Source: Pseudomonadota bacterium
GTDB taxonomy: Bacteria > Pseudomonadota > Alphaproteobacteria > Caulobacterales > Hyphomonadaceae
NCBI GenBank assembly: GCA_039818545.1
Contig: JBCBTR010000001.1
Location: forward strand, 1 to 33,468
Direction of reading: 5' to 3'
DNA: 33,468 nt
The notes beneath the pieces were generated by a model. It had not been told where the DNA came from. It did no database searches and saw only the letters and a program-made list of their open reading frames with translations. Numbering within the stretch: position 1 is the stretch's first letter; the number at the start of each line of letters is the position of its first letter. Positions 27,082 through 33,468 of this stretch are shown here, piece by piece. Made by a program: the position numbers and the translations under genes.

Positions 27082-29107
27082 GCAGTCCGAGAGCCTCGGC
27101 GCGGGTCGGATCGAGATCATCACCCCGTTGCACAACCATGCGGGCATCCTGCCGCGCGATTTCGATCAGGTCAGCATGCTCTGACAGGTCAAGCAGCCGA
27201 AACGAGGCAAGGCCGGACTGACGCGTTCCGAGGATATCGCCCGGCCCACGAAGCTTGTAGTCGGCTTCCGCGATCTCGAAACCATCATCCGTGCGTCTCA
27301 ACGTTTCCAGTCGCTCATGCGCCATCTCGGTGAGTGGCGGCCTGTAGAGCAAAAGGCAGAAACTTGGCTTGTCTCCGCGCCCGACGCGGCCTCTGAGCTG
27401 ATGAAGCTGCGCTAGCCCAAACCCCTCGGCGCGTTCGATCACCATGATTGTCGCCTCGGGCACATCCACACCGACTTCGATCACGGTCGTAGCGACCAGC
27501 ACTGATGTGCGCCCGGTTCTAAAGGCTTCGAGGTTGGCATCTTTCTCGCTCGCCTTCATTCGTCCATGAACAAGGCCGACCGGAGCGTTGAGGGACCGCG
27601 AGAGCGCCGCATGCCGCCCGACAGCTGTGCTGTCATCATCGTCCATATCGACCTTCGGGCAAACCCAGAACGCACGCTCGCCACGGGAGATCGCGCGTCC
27701 AACGGCGTTTACGACATCTTCAATTCGCGTGTCGGGCATGGCACGCGTCTCAATCGGCTGCCGCCCCGCCGGTTTCTCATCCAGAATGGAGAGGTCGAGG
27801 TCGCCCGCCACGGCCATTGAAAGTGTACGCGGGATTGGCGTCGCACTCATGACCAGCATGTGCGGGCTGGTGGCCTTATCCGCGAGCCGGGCCCGGTCCA
27901 TCACGCCAAAGCGGTGCTGCTCATCGACAATGACAAGCCCCAGATTGCGGAACGTCACCGCATCCTGAAACAGCGCCTGCGTCCCGACGCAAACCTGCAC
28001 CGTTCCATCCGCCAGTCCCATACGCACGCTTTCGCGCGCCGAAGCTGTCATTCCACCGGTCAAAAGCTCAACCTGATAGCCAAGCGGCGACAGTATCTGC
28101 ACGAATGCCCGGTGTTGCTGCGTGGCGAGCACCTCCGTCGGTGCCATGAACGCCGTCTGCGCCCCGGCCGCCACCGCCTGAACCACAGCCATCCCCCCAA
28201 CCAGCGTCTTGCCAGACCCGACGTCGCCTTGGAGCATGCGACGCATGGGGTGGGATTTTTCGAGATCTGCGGAGATATCCTGAAACGCCCTGACCTGAGC
28301 GCGGGTTGGCTTGTAGGGCAGGCTCTTCAGCAGTTCTGCGTGTCGCTCCTCGGCGGCGGGCAGGGGGCGGCTCTGCCGGTCGGAGCGCGCAGCCCGTGCT
28401 TGTGCAAAAACGATCTCCCGGGCCAGCGCTTCATCATAAGCCAGACGTGCGCGCGCCTGTTCGAACGCCTCTTCATCATACGTCTTTGGGTTGTGAAGCG
28501 CGACCAACGATTCTTTCATGGACGCCCAGCCGTTCTTTGCGGTCTGGCCCGGATCAGACCACTCCGGTAGATCGTCCGGGACAAGCTCAAGAGCGGCGAT
28601 CTGAGCACTGTGGACGCGCTTGTTCGTCAGCCCGGCCGACAGCGGATAGATCGGCTCGACAAGTGGCGGGCGCTCGGCCTTTGCCGGGTCAAGAACGTAG
28701 TCCGGGTGCGCAATCTGCCGCTCGCCCTGAAACTCCTCGACCTTGCCCGACACGATCCGCGTCGAGTTGAGCGGAAACTGACCCTTGAGCCACTGACCAT
28801 TCGCCCGGAAGAAGACCAGCGTCAGAAACCCTGTGTCGTCCACAAGGCGAACCCGGTGCGGAGCCGTCGCGTTGTACGGCGCAATGACGGATGAAACAGT
28901 CCCCTCGACCGTGGCGACCTCACCCGGAACGGTGTCTTCGAAAGAGGCTTTGGTTCGCCGGTCCACCCATGCGTTGGGAAGATGGAGCAACAGATCCCAG
29001 ACCCGCTCACCGTCCACGAGATGTTCAAGCACAGGTTTGAGCTTTGGACCGATGCCGGGCAGGGCGTCCAACGGTTCGAACAGGGGAAACAGGCGCGAGT
29101 CACGCAT
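27035..29107 (-). CDS. recG: ATP-dependent DNA helicase RecG
   Basis: 690 aa. Walker A GDVGSGKT, VIVDEQHRFGV, and helicase C motif QLHQLRGRVGRG. The N-terminal wedge region includes GIGPK. Confidence 0.92.
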   Translation of the reverse strand: MRDSRLFPLFEPLDALPGIGPKLKPVLEHLVDGERVWDLLLHLPNAWVDRRTKASFEDTVPGEVATVEGTVSSVIAPYNATAPHRVRLVDDTGFLTLVFFRANGQWLKGQFPLNSTRIVSGKVEEFQGERQIAHPDYVLDPAKAERPPLVEPIYPLSAGLTNKRVHSAQIAALELVPDDLPEWSDPGQTAKNGWASMKESLVALHNPKTYDEEAFEQARARLAYDEALAREIVFAQARAARSDRQSRPLPAAEERHAELLKSLPYKPTRAQVRAFQDISADLEKSHPMRRMLQGDVGSGKTLVGGMAVVQAVAAGAQTAFMAPTEVLATQQHRAFVQILSPLGYQVELLTGGMTASARESVRMGLADGTVQVCVGTQALFQDAVTFRNLGLVIVDEQHRFGVMDRARLADKATSPHMLVMSATPIPRTLSMAVAGDLDLSILDEKPAGRQPIETRAMPDTRIEDVVNAVGRAISRGERAFWVCPKVDMDDDDSTAVGRHAALSRSLNAPVGLVHGRMKASEKDANLEAFRTGRTSVLVATTVIEVGVDVPEATIMVIERAEGFGLAQLHQLRGRVGRGDKPSFCLLLYRPPLTEMAHERLETLRRTDDGFEIAEADYKLRGPGDILGTRQSGLASFRLLDLSEHADLIEIARQDARMVVQRGDDLDPTRAEALGLLKTLLAPQFQKPEES

Positions 29108-29197
29108 CCCGCGACACTATGGATCGAGGTCTTCCTGCGCAATCATATGTGCTTCCGCGTGAGATCGTCCTATCTAGTCATCCGATAGGAGATCGAG

Positions 29198-29458
29198 ATG
29201 GACGAACGTCGCCGAAAACTGAAGTTCCGGGCCTGGCGACGGGGCTTCCGGGAAATGGACCTGCTCATGGGGTCTTTCGCCGAAAAGCACATTGGCGAGC
29301 TCGACGACGCCGGCCTCGACGAGTTCGAACGGCTACTGGCGACACCTGACTGGGAAGTCTACGCCTGGCTCGTCGGCCAGAAGCCCATTCCCGACAATCA
29401 TGCAGGGCCAGTGCTGGACCAGATGATCGCCTTTCGCTACGAGGCGATGCCGGGCTAA
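29198..29458 (+). CDS. sdhE: Succinate dehydrogenase flavinylation factor SdhE (SDHAF2 family)
   Basis: 86 aa. RKLKFRAWRRGFREMDLLMGSF contains the RGxxE motif. It lies in the recG-sdhE-mfd context common in alphaproteobacteria. Confidence 0.85.
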   Translation: MDERRRKLKFRAWRRGFREMDLLMGSFAEKHIGELDDAGLDEFERLLATPDWEVYAWLVGQKPIPDNHAGPVLDQMIAFRYEAMPG

Positions 29459-29482
29459 CGCCGTCAACCATCGTCTATAATC

Positions 29483-32400
29483 ATGCAAGCTCTCTCCGTC
29501 CTGAAAACGCTGTCGGGCCCGGCCAGGTTCTTTGGTGCCCCGTTTGGTGCCGATGTTCGCGTTATGGCGAAAACCGCCATCGCGCGCGGCGGCCTCTGCA
29601 TCTACGTTGCACGTGACGACAAGGCCGCCGCCAGCGCGATCGCGCTCAGCCAGTTTGTCGAGCCGAACCTCGAAACCGTCCTGATCCCCGCCTGGGATAC
29701 GCTGCCCTATGACCGCGTCAGTCCGGCTCCGGCTGTAGCGTCACGGCGGTGCGCGGGTCTCGCGCGTCTTGCACAGAGAAAACCTGACAGCGCGCCACTC
29801 CTTTGCGTGACGACGGCTGCCTCGCTTGTTCAGCGTGCCCCGCCGGTGGAAACCATGCGCCAGTCGAGCCTGTCACTCGCCAAGGGCGACACCGTCTCTG
29901 AACGGGACCTGACAGAGTATCTGAGCGTGAACGGGTATGTGCGGGTCAGCACCGTGCGGGAGCGCGGCGAGTTTGCGATCCGTGGCGGGATCATCGACAT
30001 CTATCCCCCGACAGAACCCGACCCCATACGTCTGGATCTCTTCGGCGATGAGCTCGACACGATCAAATCCTTCGATCCCGAAACCCAGCGCTCGACCGGG
30101 CAGCTTGGCCGGGTCGACTTCGCACCCGTCAGCGAGATCATCTTTTCATCCGACGTGCTCTCGCTGTTCCGCGAAAAGTATCTTGAAAAACTCGGGCCCC
30201 CGGCGGGTGACCCAATGTACGAGGCCGCGCGCGCGCAGATCCGCCGACAAGGTCTGGAGAACTGGCTCCCGCTGTTTCACGAGCGTCTGGACACGCTGTT
30301 CGATTATGCCGGCGAGGAAGCGCTTTTCGGCCTCGGTGCCCTCGCAGGCGAGGCCATGGCTGAACGCCTGTCGCAGGCGCGTGACTATCATGATGCGCGG
30401 GTTGAAGCAGCTGGAGAAGGCATATCAGCAAAGGTTCTGGGCCCCGACGCGCTCTATCTCGCGCCCGACGAACTCGACCGATACGTCGCCGCCAATGCCG
30501 TTGCCCGGTTTACCAGCGCAACTGCGGGTGAAACCGGCATTGATCTCGGCGCACGCAACGAACGAAACTTCGCGCCCGAGCGCGCACGGCCTGATGTCAA
30601 TGTGTTTGAGGCGGCTGCCGCGCATGCCGCCGAACATCGCAAGGCCGGGAAAGCGGTTTGCTTTGCCGCATGGAGCGAAGGGTCCGCCGAGCGACTCTCG
30701 AACGTGCTCGAAGATCATGGGCTCTCCGCGCCGCCGCGCAGTCATTCCGAAGAGGCCGCGACCCGGGCCGGTCTGAGCATCAGCGTGCTGCCGCTGGAGC
30801 ACGGGCTTCTCTTCGATGATCTTGCGATCATTGCCGAACCCGACATTCTCGGCGATCGGCTGGCGGCCCCGCGTCGCAAGCGAAAGGCAGCAAACTTCAT
30901 TACGGAGGCCGGATCCCTGTCCGTTGGAGACCTGATCGTCCACGTCGATCATGGGGTCGGGCGCTATAGCGGTCTGCGCTTGCTTGAACTGACCGGTGCC
31001 GCACATGACTGCCTTGAGCTGGAATATGCGGGCGGGGATCGTATTTTCCTCCCCGTTGAGAATATCGACCTGATTAGCCGGTACGGCTCCGACGAAGCTG
31101 AAACCGCCGTCGACCGGCTTGGCGGCGCAGGCTGGCAAACCCGCAAGGCCAAGGCCAAGAAGCGCATTCTGGAAATGGCAGCAGAGCTTCTTCAGATTGC
31201 CGCCACACGCGAATTGAAGAAAGCCGAAACGACCGGAACAGGAGAGGGGCTTTACGAAGAGTTCGCCGCCCGCTTCCCATACGAAGAAACCGACGATCAG
31301 CTCAACGCGATTCAGGATGTGCTGGGAGATCTGTCTTCCGGCAAACCTATGGACCGGCTTGTTTGCGGCGATGTCGGATTCGGCAAGACCGAAGTCGCGC
31401 TGCGGGGCGCTTTCGTTGCGGCGATGAGCGGTATGCAGGTCGCGGTAATCGCACCGACGACGCTCCTCGCCCGGCAACACTACCAGACCTTCAAGGATCG
31501 CTTCTCGGGCTGGCCGCTGAATGTGCGCCAGCTGTCTCGGCTGGTCAGCGCGAAGGAAGCGACAGACGTTCGCACAGGTCTTGAGAACGGCACGGTTGAC
31601 GTCGTCATCGGCACCCATGCGCTGCTCTCGGAAAGCGTCCAGTTCAAGCGGCTCGGTCTTGTCGTGGTGGATGAAGAGCAACGCTTTGGCGTGAAGCACA
31701 AGGAACGCCTGAAGGAGTTCAAGGCAGACGTGCATGTGCTGACACTGTCTGCGACGCCGATCCCGCGAACACTTCAGATGGCGCTCACCGGCATTCGGGA
31801 TCTGTCGATCATCGCGACGCCGCCTGTCGACCGGCTCTCGGTGCGCACCTACGTGACCGAGTTCGACACGCTCACCATCCGCGAAGCGCTCCTCAGAGAG
31901 AAGTATCGCGGCGGGCAGGCGTTCTATGTTGCGCCCCGCATCGCTGACCTCGACAAGCTGGAAACGTTCCTGCGAGACAATGTGCCGGAGGTCAGTTTCG
32001 TGGTCGCTCACGGACAAATGGGACCGACCGAACTCGAAGACATCATGACGGCGTTCTACGACGGCAAGTATGACGTCCTGCTGTCGACAACGATTGTTGA
32101 AAGCGGACTGGACATTCCACGCGCCAACACGCTGATCATTCATCGCGCCGACCTGTTCGGCCTCGCCCAGCTCTATCAATTGCGCGGGCGGGTCGGGCGC
32201 TCCAAGCTCCGGGCCTATGCCTACTTCACCTCGCCGCAGGATCAGGTGATCACGACCAATGCCGAACGCCGCCTGAAGGTCTTGCAATCGCTCGACAGTC
32301 TGGGGGCCGGCTTCCAGCTCGCCAGCCATGACCTCGACATCCGGGGCGGCGGAAACCTTCTGGGGGATGCCCAGTCGGGACACATTCGCGAAGTGGGCGT

Positions 32401-32950
32401 CGAGCTTTACCAGACCATGCTCGAAGAGGCTGTCAGTGCGTTGAAAGCGGGGGCTCATGAAGACGACGAGGTTGCCGACGAGTGGTCGCCACAAATCAAT
32501 CTCGGCGTCTCTGTCCTCATCCCGGAAGACTATGTGCAGGACCTCGGTGAAAGGCTGGCGCTTTATCGTCGCCTCGCTTCCATCGACAATGATTCAGAAA
32601 GAGAGTCGTTCGCCGCCGAACTCATTGATCGGTTCGGTCCGCTTCCCGAAGAAACGAGCCAGTTGTTGGATGTCATGGCCATCAAGGCCGCTTGCAAGAA
32701 TCTCGGCATCGAAAAGCTCGACGGGGGTCCGAAGGGCATCGTCTTCACCTTCCGGGATGACACCCCGCTCGAGCCACAGGCCCTGATGACGATTGTCCGG
32801 TCACGTCCGAACAATCTGCGTCTTCGTCCGGACTCCAAGCTGGTTCTGTCCCCGGCCCAGCAAACGCCTGCGCAACGCATGCTGCAGGCCCGCAAGTTCC
32901 TGACTGAACTCAGCGGATTTGCCGCCCATAGCGCAACGGCCGACGCCTGA
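29483..32950 (+). CDS. mfd: Transcription-repair coupling factor
   Basis: 1155 aa. Walker A CGDVGFGKTEVA, VVDEEQRFGV, QLYQLRGRVGRS, and an N-terminal UvrB-homology region. Confidence 0.95.
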   Translation: MQALSVLKTLSGPARFFGAPFGADVRVMAKTAIARGGLCIYVARDDKAAASAIALSQFVEPNLETVLIPAWDTLPYDRVSPAPAVASRRCAGLARLAQRKPDSAPLLCVTTAASLVQRAPPVETMRQSSLSLAKGDTVSERDLTEYLSVNGYVRVSTVRERGEFAIRGGIIDIYPPTEPDPIRLDLFGDELDTIKSFDPETQRSTGQLGRVDFAPVSEIIFSSDVLSLFREKYLEKLGPPAGDPMYEAARAQIRRQGLENWLPLFHERLDTLFDYAGEEALFGLGALAGEAMAERLSQARDYHDARVEAAGEGISAKVLGPDALYLAPDELDRYVAANAVARFTSATAGETGIDLGARNERNFAPERARPDVNVFEAAAAHAAEHRKAGKAVCFAAWSEGSAERLSNVLEDHGLSAPPRSHSEEAATRAGLSISVLPLEHGLLFDDLAIIAEPDILGDRLAAPRRKRKAANFITEAGSLSVGDLIVHVDHGVGRYSGLRLLELTGAAHDCLELEYAGGDRIFLPVENIDLISRYGSDEAETAVDRLGGAGWQTRKAKAKKRILEMAAELLQIAATRELKKAETTGTGEGLYEEFAARFPYEETDDQLNAIQDVLGDLSSGKPMDRLVCGDVGFGKTEVALRGAFVAAMSGMQVAVIAPTTLLARQHYQTFKDRFSGWPLNVRQLSRLVSAKEATDVRTGLENGTVDVVIGTHALLSESVQFKRLGLVVVDEEQRFGVKHKERLKEFKADVHVLTLSATPIPRTLQMALTGIRDLSIIATPPVDRLSVRTYVTEFDTLTIREALLREKYRGGQAFYVAPRIADLDKLETFLRDNVPEVSFVVAHGQMGPTELEDIMTAFYDGKYDVLLSTTIVESGLDIPRANTLIIHRADLFGLAQLYQLRGRVGRSKLRAYAYFTSPQDQVITTNAERRLKVLQSLDSLGAGFQLASHDLDIRGGGNLLGDAQSGHIREVGVELYQTMLEEAVSALKAGAHEDDEVADEWSPQINLGVSVLIPEDYVQDLGERLALYRRLASIDNDSERESFAAELIDRFGPLPEETSQLLDVMAIKAACKNLGIEKLDGGPKGIVFTFRDDTPLEPQALMTIVRSRPNNLRLRPDSKLVLSPAQQTPAQRMLQARKFLTELSGFAAHSATADA

Positions 32951-32987
32951 ACCAACCGATACCGCTGGGGAACCTCTTTTCATTAGC

Positions 32988-33089
32988 CGCACCGGTCTTA
33001 AGGTCGCGGTCAAACCCCGCTCAAGCTGGCGGTTCAGAAATCAGGGAGAAACGAGATGGCATCAGGACCATTGGCAGGCGTGCGGATTG
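32988..33089. repeat. Left arm of a perfect 102-nt inverted repeat
   Basis: Checked base by base: the reverse complement of 32988-33089 is identical to 33367-33468. The arm contains the mfd-distal intergenic region, the RBS and the first 11 codons of the CoA-transferase gene. Confidence 0.95.
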
Positions 33090-33394
33090 TCGAGTTTGCG
33101 GGGATCGGACCGGGGCCATTCTGCGGGATGCTCTTGTCGGACCTTGGAGCCGATGTGGTTCGGATCGACCGGCCCGGCGACGGAAAGCCCGGCAATCCCG
33201 CCGATGTGAGCGGACGCGGGCGTCGGTCAATTGGCCTCGACCTCAAGAATCCAAAGCACACTGAAGCCGCGCTCGCCCTGATCGAGAAGGCAGACGGTCT
33301 GATTGAGGGCTTTCGGCCCGGCGTCATGGAACGGCTGGGCCTCGGCCCGGATGAAGCGCTCGCCCGCAATCCGCACGCCTGCCAATGGTCCTGA
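33056..33394 (+). pseudogene. CoA-transferase family III (CaiB/BaiF / alpha-methylacyl-CoA-racemase-like) gene, 5' fragment truncated by a fold-back repeat
   Basis: [35 protein letters not shown] and [19 protein letters not shown] are typical family N-terminal motifs. From about 33367 the reading frame runs into the reverse complement of its own 5' region, giving ...[10 protein letters not shown] and a stop. Confidence 0.7.
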
Positions 33395-33468
33395 TGCCAT
33401 CTCGTTTCTCCCTGATTTCTGAACCGCCAGCTTGAGCGGGGTTTGACCGCGACCTTAAGACCGGTGCG
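33367..33468. repeat. Right arm of a perfect 102-nt inverted repeat (reaches the window end)
   Basis: Exact reverse complement of 32988-33089. The repeat could extend beyond the window edge. Confidence 0.95.

Noticed and set aside
29108-29197. Search for alphaproteobacterial SOS boxes (GTTC-N7-GTTC / GAAC-N7-GAAC) upstream of recG, sdhE/mfd, recJ and phr.
   Set aside because: I found no match in these intergenic regions by eye.
30425-32494. A 689-aa ORF on the minus strand, entirely antisense to mfd.
   Set aside because: Its codons are exactly aligned with the mfd codons (32492 is an mfd codon start). It therefore stays open simply because the sense strand lacks the rare TTA, CTA and TCA codons. 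The product is Arg/Gly/Ala-rich with no recognisable motif, whereas the sense strand carries clear Mfd motifs. This is a typical GC-rich shadow ORF.

Overview
This is a chromosomal core region of a GC-rich alphaproteobacterium (about 60% GC by eye). The gene order rplM-rpsI-argC, aminotransferase-hom-glpX-recJ and recG-sdhE-mfd fits Caulobacterales, Hyphomonadaceae or Rhodobacterales-type genomes, and I cannot place it more precisely from sequence alone. I support about 35 protein genes, 3 tRNAs (Glu-UUC, Pro-UGG, Arg-UCU) and one clear intrinsic terminator. I found no IS element, integrase, phage gene, CRISPR array or toxin-antitoxin pair, and intergenic regions are all 140 nt or shorter. The most interesting part is 14.6-22.3 kb. 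Two convergent operons there each sit behind an identical TGATCC-N16-CGTA motif, which is the ECF sigma-E/ChrR-type promoter architecture as I recall it. The plus-strand operon encodes a cysteine-less orphan ChrR-like protein, an exported unknown protein and an FeS-type (6-4) photolyase/cryptochrome. The minus-strand operon encodes a CPD photolyase, an FAD oxidoreductase, a DUF1365 protein and a CFA-synthase-like methylase, a candidate furan-fatty-acid cassette. The two operons collide head-on at a shared CTAG double stop. Other points are listed below.
- A translationally coupled CBS/CysK-like, 3-mercaptopyruvate sulfurtransferase and cystathionine beta-lyase operon.
- A PHA synthase with a histone-H1-like Lys/Ala tail encoded antisense to the argC 3' end.
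- A coupled APH-like kinase, DUF6285-like and membrane-anchored DUF3089-like operon.
- A perfect 102-nt fold-back inverted repeat at the right edge that truncates a CoA-transferase gene, probably a contig-end artefact that needs checking.
All family assignments come from motif recognition by eye, and no database search was run.
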